A stretch of DNA of 26,089 nt from a virus (IMGVR_UViG_3300025084_000190:1-26089), one strand, 5' to 3'; positions 1 through 7,577 are shown, counted from the stretch's first letter. Numbers and translations: made by a program. Notes: a model not told the origin generated them from the letters alone.

Positions 1-84
1 TAAGTTTCTAGGAATCTCCTGATTGTAATTCAGTAGATTACGTAGAGAATCAATTTCACCGTTGTCGGTTACTAGCAGTGCCAT
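1..84 (-). CDS. 5' part of a probable virion structural protein, truncated by the window edge (MALLVTDNGEIDSLRNLLNYNQEIPRNL...)
   Basis: Not in the ORF track. Read manually: ATG at 84-82, 28 open codons to position 1, GGAG Shine-Dalgarno at 95-92, and two TATAAATA motifs upstream. The N-terminus resembles, from memory, structural proteins in this part of cyanomyovirus genomes. Confidence 0.75.
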   Translation of the reverse strand, partial: MALLVTDNGEIDSLRNLLNYNQEIPRNL

Positions 85-118
85 GTAAACTCTCCGTGTT
101 TATCTCTCGATTTATTGT

Positions 119-126
119 TATTTATA
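119..126 (-). promoter_or_regulatory. T4-type late promoter TATAAATA
   Basis: Plus strand tatttata = TATAAATA on minus, the exact T4 gp55 late-promoter consensus. Intergenic, about 35 nt upstream of the ATG at 84. Confidence 0.75.
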
Positions 127-135
127 ATCACATAC

Positions 136-143
136 TATTTATA
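136..143 (-). promoter_or_regulatory. Second T4-type late promoter TATAAATA, overlapping the stop codon of the 239-aa gene
   Basis: tatttata at 136-143; the TAA stop (141-139) is part of the motif. Confidence 0.6.
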
Positions 144-858
144 GTTTAAGCTTGAGCGAAACTACAAAACGAGTAATGTCTACGGCATGCTTCAACTCAA
201 ATTGAAAGATGTCGCCAGCATTTACAGTAGTGTCCCAGGTACTCAAATTATCATCTTTATTCTTTCTGCCTGAAGATTGATTTAATACCCCAATAGTGGG
301 TAACTCAGTTCCACATATAGAAACGAAATTAGGAAAATCTTCAAAAGAACATTTTTGAATATCAACCTGAACATTGCCTACTGTGTCGGAAACAATAGTC
401 CAAGACTCAATCTCTCCGGTGACATCAATAGTCATGTTACCCTTTACCCCAAGTGATAGAGGAAAGGTTCCGCTATCGATAACATAATTAAGAGTTCTGG
501 TTAGGTCAGCAGTTGTGGCATATGCAATACCAAAGAATGCTGCACCGCCCACAGGAGGTGTGTTGAATACTATCTGATCATTTGATACTACGTAATCAAC
601 TCTGGGTTCTAGGATAACATTATTAATAGAAATGGCAATCTGCTCTTCATTTATCGGAGTGTATGACTCGCCATCTATAGTAATATTAAAGGTATCAGCA
701 GTGCCGTCAAATTGAGATGCAATACTATCTATAAGTAGATTTGAGTATTGTATCGATTTTGATGGAATCTGATAGTTTACGTCAAGTTTATGCTGTGCTG
801 GCAATTGCTTGCCAACATGATATGCATTAGAACCAACCCTGACGTTATACTGAGCCAT
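139..858 (-). CDS. Probable virion/baseplate-associated structural protein (239 aa)
   Basis: Full ORF, start overlaps the upstream stop (TAATG). It contains a module (QFDGTADTFNI...IAISINNVILEPRVDYVVSNDQIVFNTPP) that also recurs in the gp7-like protein, followed by a beta-rich C-terminal domain. Confidence 0.8.
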   Translation of the reverse strand: MAQYNVRVGSNAYHVGKQLPAQHKLDVNYQIPSKSIQYSNLLIDSIASQFDGTADTFNITIDGESYTPINEEQIAISINNVILEPRVDYVVSNDQIVFNTPPVGGAAFFGIAYATTADLTRTLNYVIDSGTFPLSLGVKGNMTIDVTGEIESWTIVSDTVGNVQVDIQKCSFEDFPNFVSICGTELPTIGVLNQSSGRKNKDDNLSTWDTTVNAGDIFQFELKHAVDITRFVVSLKLKL

Positions 859-1190
859 TAGGAAACTCCAGGACTTACTTCTGCATTGCCCATAATTACT
901 CTAGTCTTATATCCATTAGGATCGGTAAGAACAATGTCGTATACATATCTTCTTCTATCCAAAGCAGAAGTTTCTACGTCAGTTAATGCCAAAGAAATTT
1001 CTCCGGCAGTTCTATTAACAAATTCTAAAGTAAAGGGTACTGAAGTAGATGCTGAATAACTTTTCTTCATTGCAGCAGTACCAGTGTACCCAGACATGTT
1101 TAATGGGGTGCCATCTTTGTTCGTGATAAAGAAAGTAACGCCGTAGTCTGCTCCTTTATCAATCAGAATGTTGACTGGTATCGCTGCCAT
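858..1190 (-). CDS. Small beta-sandwich virion structural protein (110 aa), BppU-N/Ig-like type
   Basis: Pattern NILIDKGADY...PLNMSGYTG...GEISLALT..ETSAL...RYVYDIVLT...TRVIMGNAEVSPGVS is typical of phage baseplate/fibre adaptor domains. GAGAGG-type SD just upstream. Confidence 0.75.
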   Translation of the reverse strand: MAAIPVNILIDKGADYGVTFFITNKDGTPLNMSGYTGTAAMKKSYSASTSVPFTLEFVNRTAGEISLALTDVETSALDRRRYVYDIVLTDPNGYKTRVIMGNAEVSPGVS

Positions 1191-1350
1191 TTTCCTCTCG
1201 TTTATCTAATAGGTCTAATGTTTCTAACCCGCCCTCAAGTTTCAACTTATATTCTTTCAATTTGGCGAGTTCTTCCTCGCCTCTTTTGATTTTGAACTCG
1301 TAGTCTTTTAGTTGGGTTAAGAATTCCTCTCGCATTTTTGATGTGTCCAT
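1159..1350 (-). CDS. Small coiled-coil hypothetical protein (63 aa)
   Basis: Same strand as the module, fills the gap between neighbouring genes, and has an E/K/L-rich helical pattern. ATAAATA motif upstream; overlaps the next gene by 32 nt. Confidence 0.75.
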   Translation of the reverse strand: MDTSKMREEFLTQLKDYEFKIKRGEEELAKLKEYKLKLEGGLETLDLLDKREENGSDTSQHSD

Positions 1351-1372
1351 AACAATAATATATTATTAATTA

Positions 1373-1380
1373 TATTTATC
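1373..1380 (-). promoter_or_regulatory. Late-promoter-like GATAAATA
   Basis: tatttatc on plus, abutting the protease TAG stop, about 22 nt upstream of the 63-aa ATG. Confidence 0.55.
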
Positions 1381-3551
1381 TAGGCATTAACGGTTATGGT
1401 TCCGTTCATAGAAGAATGATATTCACAATTATAATAATATGTTCCTACCGCTGCAGTAGTAGTATTCCATGTAATAGGAGCAGTTTCTGCACCATTAGTA
1501 CCGGTTACGCCAGTATTATATGCATCACCAGTTCCAGTAGTTTGCGTTGTTTTAATCCAGAATGGATGACCAGAAGCATTAATTGTAAACTCTATAGTAT
1601 CTCCTTGCTTTACATTGATTGATGGGTTTGCAGTATTACTAAAGGTAGCAACTCTGTCATTACCGGTAAATAGATACTGACCACTGGCGGCAGTAACAGT
1701 TATCGAGAAAGTAGCAGGTAGTGTAACTGGTATAGGTCTATAATAGTTATTAGTTCTAGGATACATTTGGGCGTTACTAAAAGAATGTGAAGGTCTTCTA
1801 TGCCCTTTTAATGTTTCTTTATACCATCCATCTATAAGACCGCTTATATTTCTTGGATTGATTGCTCTTATTTCTTTTGATGTAGAAGTAGATCCACCAT
1901 ATAATGTATTTGCTCCACCATCACAAGTTCTATCATCAAACAACCCACCATTAATATTAAATGTTATGTCATTTTCATAGGAATTATTCTGTATAAATCC
2001 TAACACATCACTATTAGTAAACCTTTCTTTACCTGTGGCTAACAATGCAGCAATACCACAAACCTGTGGTGATGCCATACTAGTTCCACTGATTGGATAT
2101 CTCCAATTATCACCACCATATTTGTTATCAGGATATCCAGCACCATTTAATCCTGATGCAGAATAAATGTTAGCAGGATTTGGCCAAGCACTTTGAATCA
2201 TATCTCCAGGTGCCCAAACATCAATCAATGGTCCAAAATTAGAAAAGTCTGACTTTCTAAAATCAGATAGATTTGAAATAGAACCTACAGTAATACAACC
2301 TTTAGAATTAGATGGGGAAGATCCTCTATTATGAGAAATGGTATATGTTGAACCACCATTAAGATTGAATTTGACATAATTATTCCAATCAGCATATTCT
2401 GGTGCTGTTGGATCTACGTGTATACTATACTGATCATTATTACCAGCAGCTGCAATACAAACTACACCATCTTCAATAGCATCTTCCATGTCATATCTTG
2501 ACCCAGTGCTATCATTATTATATCTGAATTGGGTTGAACCTACACCAAAATCTTTATGGATTCCATCCATTGTCCATCCACTAGGACCGGGATTGCCATT
2601 TGTGTATGTAACACCACGAACTCTAATTTCATTTATATCATTTATGTTTAATGCTCTTTCAAAAAGTGAATATATGTTGTAACTAGCTCCCCAACTATGA
2701 TTTGTAACCGTAGGATTTTTTTTACCTGTTAAAGGATTTATTGGTTTGTGTCGGTGGAATGCTCTCAAATAATCAAATACTAATCTAGATGACAGAGAAG
2801 TTCCGAAACCACTGCCAAGGTTTACGTGTAAACTATAAATGTTTGCTTCTCTTGCCCATCCATACCATTGTCCTGCTATTGTTCCAGCAACGTGTGTGCC
2901 ATGAAATGTTGTGTTAGCAGAATTGGGATGATATGGATATGATCCTGAAGGAAGTGATAGTCCATCATCATCTATACTACTGACATAACCATTTAACTCG
3001 CCAAACCAATCATATTGAACAAACCTACTTTGTCCCGTAGAAGGACTAATCCATTCAGCACAATCGAATGAAACTGGTTGATCAACAATAACTACATCAA
3101 CGTGTTTTCCATCTGCATAAATTTCAACATTATCAGTAACATTTGCAGTACCGTCATGTCCCCACGTTCCCTTTCTTCTTTCAGCATTGCTCCCGGAAGA
3201 ATGTAATTGTCCCCACTGTCTTTCATTATCACCATGCTGATTTGTAAAATCTGATTTCTCAAAATCCCCACCAAATCCATATGGAGTATTATTAACTTCA
3301 TCATAAAACGGTGTGATTTCTTTTATGGGATCATCATCTTCATTAATTTCAACCGCAGCAACCCTAGAATCACCTCGTATATCTTCTGCTTGAGTACTAT
3401 TCATGTAGTACTCGGTATTTCTACTAATAGGGCGTTTCATATGGAGTTGATATCCATCTGATTCCATATCAGAATAAAAACTTTCTAAATCAGATTTATT
3501 TTCAAGCGTGACAACATATACTTTACTATCAGAATGATCGTATAGTCCCAT
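1380..3551 (-). CDS. S8 subtilisin-like serine protease with a C-terminal cupredoxin-like domain (723 aa)
   Basis: Catalytic motifs in the correct order: VDVVIVD (Asp157), HGTHVAGTIAG (His217), AAAGNN (Asn371, oxyanion hole), SGTSMASPQVCG (Ser491). Also SDFSNFGPLIDVWAPG and an N-terminal region resembling an I9-type propeptide. C-terminus has GHPF...YYYNCEYHSSMNGTITV. Confidence 0.93.
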   Translation of the reverse strand: MGLYDHSDSKVYVVTLENKSDLESFYSDMESDGYQLHMKRPISRNTEYYMNSTQAEDIRGDSRVAAVEINEDDDPIKEITPFYDEVNNTPYGFGGDFEKSDFTNQHGDNERQWGQLHSSGSNAERRKGTWGHDGTANVTDNVEIYADGKHVDVVIVDQPVSFDCAEWISPSTGQSRFVQYDWFGELNGYVSSIDDDGLSLPSGSYPYHPNSANTTFHGTHVAGTIAGQWYGWAREANIYSLHVNLGSGFGTSLSSRLVFDYLRAFHRHKPINPLTGKKNPTVTNHSWGASYNIYSLFERALNINDINEIRVRGVTYTNGNPGPSGWTMDGIHKDFGVGSTQFRYNNDSTGSRYDMEDAIEDGVVCIAAAGNNDQYSIHVDPTAPEYADWNNYVKFNLNGGSTYTISHNRGSSPSNSKGCITVGSISNLSDFRKSDFSNFGPLIDVWAPGDMIQSAWPNPANIYSASGLNGAGYPDNKYGGDNWRYPISGTSMASPQVCGIAALLATGKERFTNSDVLGFIQNNSYENDITFNINGGLFDDRTCDGGANTLYGGSTSTSKEIRAINPRNISGLIDGWYKETLKGHRRPSHSFSNAQMYPRTNNYYRPIPVTLPATFSITVTAASGQYLFTGNDRVATFSNTANPSINVKQGDTIEFTINASGHPFWIKTTQTTGTGDAYNTGVTGTNGAETAPITWNTTTAAVGTYYYNCEYHSSMNGTITVNA

Positions 3552-3552
3552 G

Positions 3553-4197
3553 TTACACCTCTAATTGAACATAAGTTAAGGTTACATCAATCGCTGCTGC
3601 ACTACCACTTTTATTAACTACTTTTGCATATATGTTGGTAGATGGTGTTGAGTCATTATTCCACCCAATAGTACCGGGAGTAATGATTTGTGTAGCACCA
3701 TCAGATGTAATAATTTCTGCAAGTACACCTGAACCGGGAAGTGGATCTGTTGTTATAGTTCTACTAGCATCGGCAGTTCTACTAGCGGTATCGGTATAAA
3801 GAGTTACCCACGCTGCATGTGATGTTTGTATTTTTAATAAACTAAATGATTTTGCTGCAGCAATTGTTATATCTGCAGATACACCATCAGCGATTGTTGT
3901 TGTGGTTTGAGTAGCCGTTCCTCGACCAGCACCACCACCAGCAGTAGCATCTATAGTGTTAGTGGCATCATTGTATGAAAAACTAATTCCGGAGTGCGAT
4001 CCGTTAGTAAATAATTCGCTAGCTGCATCTTGAGCATTTTCATCTGTATACGACGATCCGCCACCGCCGCCGCCACCAGAACCACTACCGGTTGATTGCC
4101 AACTAGATCCATTCCAGGACCAAGTTAAACCATTATCGGTATGTGTGAATGAACCATCTGTTGCTTGACCAGCAGTATCTGGGAATAGAATTGCCAT
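3553..4197 (-). CDS. Short fibre-like/virion protein (214 aa)
   Basis: N-terminal MAILFP...TWSWNGSSW module seen in marine phage fibres, a poly-Gly linker and a beta-rich C-terminal domain (LLKIQTSHAAWVTLY...DPLPGSGVLAEII). GGAG SD at 4211-4208. The stop lies 1 nt from the protease ATG. Confidence 0.75.
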   Translation of the reverse strand: MAILFPDTAGQATDGSFTHTDNGLTWSWNGSSWQSTGSGSGGGGGGGSSYTDENAQDAASELFTNGSHSGISFSYNDATNTIDATAGGGAGRGTATQTTTTIADGVSADITIAAAKSFSLLKIQTSHAAWVTLYTDTASRTADASRTITTDPLPGSGVLAEIITSDGATQIITPGTIGWNNDSTPSTNIYAKVVNKSGSAAAIDVTLTYVQLEV

Positions 4198-4218
4198 TTT
4201 AAGATATCTCCGTATAGT

Positions 4219-4226
4219 TATTTATT
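4219..4226 (-). promoter_or_regulatory. Late-promoter-like AATAAATA
   Basis: tatttatt in the 30-nt intergenic gap, upstream of the SD and ATG of the 214-aa gene. Confidence 0.55.
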
Positions 4227-4227
4227 T

Positions 4228-5646
4228 TTAATATGATTCTTCTATACTTAATTGACTAGTAGCAACAGTTCCTGTTGTTCTAGAACCAGCAATATCTAAT
4301 TCTAATTTAAGTTTATAAGTAACGGTAACTCCGGTTGTTTGTCCGTGAGCATCTACAAAATTAAACGCCATTGGACTGTCAGGAGAACCATCTGTCCAGA
4401 CCTTACATAATTCTGTGGTAGATCCACTAACATCTCTTTCCAGGATTACATATCCTTCAGCAACTGCAGTTCCAGTAAGATGTCCCAGAAGAACACTGAT
4501 TTTAATTTTTGCTAAAGATGTTACATCTAAATTTGCTGAAAATGTACCATTAGTATCGGCAAAATAATTACCGGTAGAAGCAGTAACAGCGCCAGTATTA
4601 GTCCTGATATCTGTTGCTGGTATTAATGCTGCTAATGGGGGTGATGCATCTACCCAAGAAGAGGGATTAGCACCGTTATCATAGTAGACTTTTAATCTAC
4701 CTGAATCACTCTCCCACCACAAATCTCCACCACTCGCACCACCAGGAGCGTTGTCAGAAACTGTTACACTAGCGCCACTACCAGAACCCCAAACCAGTTG
4801 ACCATTTCCGTCAGTTTGTAATGATTGTCCTGGTGTTCCATCAGCAGTAACAAATTTTAAAGCACCATTAATCTTTCCATCTTTATCAACATAGAAATTA
4901 TTAGTGCCGGAAGTTTTTAAGTATAAACCACCACCACCAGAAGAATGGTTAATTATTAATTCGCCAGTTTTGCCAAAATTAATACCATAGTCATTTGAAA
5001 GACCATTAGAAAAAGTTCCTACAGAAACATCATTTGTAAAAAGAACTTTGCCAGCGGTAATACCTAAATTATCTGATGCTAGTTTAGAAGTAATGGTATT
5101 TACTTTTATCGAACCAACAGTAATATCATGCGTTGTTATACCCCCACGACCAGTTACTGAATCTAAAGTATCGGATTCTGAATATGTGGTTAGATAGTTT
5201 TGTGCATGGTGATCGCCCCATCCATATGCAGTATCCCATTCCGTATTATTGTAATTGGTGGGAGTTAGTGTTTTAGTAGTCTGCCCTAGAGTAAGAGTAA
5301 TAGAATCTTGGGGACCAAGATTGGTGATATTTAATCCATTAACAAAAGACAGATTTACTCGTGCATCAATAGCGGCATTTACTCTACTATCTGTATAATA
5401 TAAATTTGTTCCTTCTAAAATAGAAGATGTGGAAAACTCATTGAATGCGAGATCAATTGATAACGATCCATTGGCATCATCATAAGTAACCGCAGTTCCA
5501 ACTCCGCCTTGCACCAAGGCAGCAATTCTGTCATCAACTTTTTCATCGAAGGTGACATCAATATCATTAACATCAGAAGCAAGATTATTAATTTCTTGCC
5601 TTTGCTGATCAATAGTATATGTAATTGGTACGTTTCTTAATGGCAT
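4228..5646 (-). CDS. Tail fibre-like protein (472 aa)
   Basis: N-terminal anchor MPLRNVP...QQRQEINNLA is shared with the 630-aa gene. It carries a string of short fibre motifs (EGTNLYYTDSRV; WDTAYGWGDH; ESDTLDSVTGRG; DGTPGQSLQTDGNGQLVW; GDLWWESDSGRLKVYY...WVDASP). GAGGA SD upstream. Confidence 0.8.
   Translation of the reverse strand: MPLRNVPITYTIDQQRQEINNLASDVNDIDVTFDEKVDDRIAALVQGGVGTAVTYDDANGSLSIDLAFNEFSTSSILEGTNLYYTDSRVNAAIDARVNLSFVNGLNITNLGPQDSITLTLGQTTKTLTPTNYNNTEWDTAYGWGDHHAQNYLTTYSESDTLDSVTGRGGITTHDITVGSIKVNTITSKLASDNLGITAGKVLFTNDVSVGTFSNGLSNDYGINFGKTGELIINHSSGGGGLYLKTSGTNNFYVDKDGKINGALKFVTADGTPGQSLQTDGNGQLVWGSGSGASVTVSDNAPGGASGGDLWWESDSGRLKVYYDNGANPSSWVDASPPLAALIPATDIRTNTGAVTASTGNYFADTNGTFSANLDVTSLAKIKISVLLGHLTGTAVAEGYVILERDVSGSTTELCKVWTDGSPDSPMAFNFVDAHGQTTGVTVTYKLKLELDIAGSRTTGTVATSQLSIEESY
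5625..5646. repeat. Direct repeat, copy 1 (22 nt): 5' end of the 472-aa fibre gene
   Basis: ttggtacgtttcttaatggcat versus ttggtacgtttcttaatgtcat at 7556-7577: 21/22 identical, 18 nt perfect. Confidence 0.85.
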
Positions 5647-5670
5647 GATACCAGACTATTCCTCTATTTT

Positions 5671-5680
5671 AGTATTTAGT
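5671..5680 (-). promoter_or_regulatory. Late-promoter-like ACTAAATACT (CTAAATA variant)
   Basis: agtatttagt in the intergenic gap upstream of the 472-aa gene. The same 10-mer occurs at 7628-7637. Confidence 0.5.
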
Positions 5681-5684
5681 ATGA

Positions 5685-7577
5685 TCAAGCAGCACGATAC
5701 GTGATACTGAATGCATAGTATGCTCCATCTCCCGTAGGTAAAGCTTCGGATGTGGCATTATCTCTAACCGCTTCAAACATTAGGTTAGTAGTTCCTACAT
5801 CAACCATACAAATAACATACTTATGATTAGCTGCCATTGGAGCATTATAAAGTCTTACTGCACCTACGGCGAACCCAGCGCCATCCCCCGAATTGTATGA
5901 AGAATATGGTAAGTTGTTAATAACCAATGCACTATTAGTATTACTACTATCAACTTGAATCTGACCCATTACAGTTATAAGATTACCAATTCTTGTCCAT
6001 TGTAATTTATCACTACCAGTAATCAAAGTAATACCGTTATCGCAAGTTGCGTCAAATTCACCATCTAGATAAGTTTTTAGTACTCCATTTGTAGCACCTG
6101 ATGGTACATTACCTGATGCTATACCAAGTTTGAGTCCACCAGCTGCCCCAAAACCAATTTCATCAAATAAGCAAATTGGCGACTGGAAAACTGTCGTAGA
6201 AGCAGCGTCTGTTGAACCAATATACATTATTGATCCAGGAGTGACTGGCTCAATTTTTTGTGTTGTTAACTTTTTCGTATCATCATTAAGAGAAAGATCG
6301 CCAAAAATCACAGAGTTGCCGTCGTCATCAATAGTGACAATTTCTGAACTGTTATCAGATTTGCGAAGTTGAAGTCCGTTAGTGCCACCATAGAAGTATG
6401 ATCTTGTTGCATCAACTTGTAATACGTTATGTCCAGCGCCAGTTATATAAGTATTTGCGTTAGGGAGGTCGATGTTATTACCAAATGAGCCCGATCCATT
6501 AGAGGTGATGCTATCCGCAGTGATGCTGCCGTCTGAACCTTTTAAAACTATGGTAGTACCACTGACATTTTTAAGGAGTAACCTAGTATCAGAAGTTCCA
6601 GATCTATACAAACCACCAATATTTGTATTGCCGTTTTTAACTTCAAAGGCGTAAGTATTGTTTGCAGTTGTGCTTGTTACTGTACCAGATGCAACAACGT
6701 TGCCATCAACATCAAAGTTGCCATCAATATCAACGTTGCCATCAATATCAACGTCGCCATCAATATCAACACTGTCAGTGATATCTAAAGTTGGGTTTGC
6801 AGCACCTTGATAATAGAATCTAGTTCCACCAAAAGGACTAAAGATTACTTGATCTTCGTATTGAGTGTTTACAGTATCAAACCATCTGACATGGAAACCG
6901 TTTTCACTCTCTAACCTTAATTCTGAAGATGCGTTATCGTAGTAGAGATCAGCATCTTCGTTAGTACCAAAGTAAATAGGTCTGCCATCTTTCATATGTA
7001 AAGAGGTTGCCTCTACATCTTCAAACAGTGCGTTACCTGTATTGAATATCGAGAAAGTAGGAGTACTTGCATTGCTTAAAATAGAATCGCATTTGACCAT
7101 TCCTGCAAATGTGGCATTACCAGGAGCATCGATTTCTGATGTGATTCCAAGAGTTCCAGTCTGTCTACCTTTCCAGACAGCACTTCCGCCGCTATTAGAA
7201 ATAAAAATGCTTCCACCACTTTGGATAGTTACTCCATCATTAGTTGATGTCTCGCTAATACCACCGCCAGGAAAATAAGCAATGGGATACGTACTAAAAC
7301 CGTATGGAACATACATCGACCCACCAAAGATAGCTTCAGTAACCATCTGACCAGGAGTTATCTGATCTGCAGTTTTTAATATTAATCCACCTGTTGTGGA
7401 ATGTATCTCCTGATTAAAACTAGCATCGCTAGTAAATATTACATCACCAGTAAACGTTTTATCCCCACCAAATGTCTGTACGCCGGTAACAGCGGTATCC
7501 AAGTCTACTGCTATTTCATTAACCTCTTGACGCTGCTCTTCTAGCGTAAAACTCTTTGGTACGTTTCTTAATGTCAT
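5685..7577 (-). CDS. Tail fibre / putative receptor-binding protein (630 aa)
   Basis: N-terminal MTLRNVP...EQRQEVNEIA anchor and a Gly/Ser/Thr-rich beta-repeat shaft. The C-terminal WTRIGNLITVMGQI...INNLPY...FSITYRAA head resembles common phage fibre tip domains. Start overlaps the upstream stop (ATGA). Confidence 0.8.
   Translation of the reverse strand: MTLRNVPKSFTLEEQRQEVNEIAVDLDTAVTGVQTFGGDKTFTGDVIFTSDASFNQEIHSTTGGLILKTADQITPGQMVTEAIFGGSMYVPYGFSTYPIAYFPGGGISETSTNDGVTIQSGGSIFISNSGGSAVWKGRQTGTLGITSEIDAPGNATFAGMVKCDSILSNASTPTFSIFNTGNALFEDVEATSLHMKDGRPIYFGTNEDADLYYDNASSELRLESENGFHVRWFDTVNTQYEDQVIFSPFGGTRFYYQGAANPTLDITDSVDIDGDVDIDGNVDIDGNFDVDGNVVASGTVTSTTANNTYAFEVKNGNTNIGGLYRSGTSDTRLLLKNVSGTTIVLKGSDGSITADSITSNGSGSFGNNIDLPNANTYITGAGHNVLQVDATRSYFYGGTNGLQLRKSDNSSEIVTIDDDGNSVIFGDLSLNDDTKKLTTQKIEPVTPGSIMYIGSTDAASTTVFQSPICLFDEIGFGAAGGLKLGIASGNVPSGATNGVLKTYLDGEFDATCDNGITLITGSDKLQWTRIGNLITVMGQIQVDSSNTNSALVINNLPYSSYNSGDGAGFAVGAVRLYNAPMAANHKYVICMVDVGTTNLMFEAVRDNATSEALPTGDGAYYAFSITYRAA
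6696..6770. repeat. In-frame 18-bp tandem repeat, about 4.2 copies (encodes VDIDGD-VDIDGN-VDIDGN-FDVDGN)
   Basis: Units aacgttgccatcaacatc / aaagttgccatcaatatc / aacgttgccatcaatatc / aacgtcgccatcaatatc, each at most 1 mismatch from the consensus. Confidence 0.92.
7556..7577. repeat. Direct repeat, copy 2 (22 nt): 5' end of the 630-aa fibre gene
   Basis: See 5625-5646; the copies are 1931 nt apart in the same orientation. Confidence 0.85.

Noticed and set aside
1354-1367. Perfect 14-bp palindrome aataatatattatt before the 63-aa gene
   Set aside because: Composed only of A/T in an AT-rich spacer, so likely by chance and too weak for a terminator. No independent support as an operator.
3757-3786. 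12-nt direct repeat agttctactagc at 18-nt spacing
   Set aside because: Explained by the duplicated ASRT peptide in the 214-aa protein; only two copies.
4058-4077. GC-rich (ccg/cca)n tract as a phase-variation site
   Set aside because: A triplet repeat encoding a poly-Gly linker. Slippage would keep the frame and only alter linker length.
6696-6770. 18-bp repeats as a possible CRISPR or mini-array
   Set aside because: Units are contiguous with no spacers, are a multiple of 3, and lie in frame within a CDS.
4228-7577. Diversity-generating retroelement or invertase shufflon acting on the fibre genes
   Set aside because: No reverse transcriptase or recombinase in the window, no ~100-nt TR/VR pair with adenine-specific mismatches seen, and the only shared repeat is direct and at the 5' ends. 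Elements outside the window cannot be excluded.
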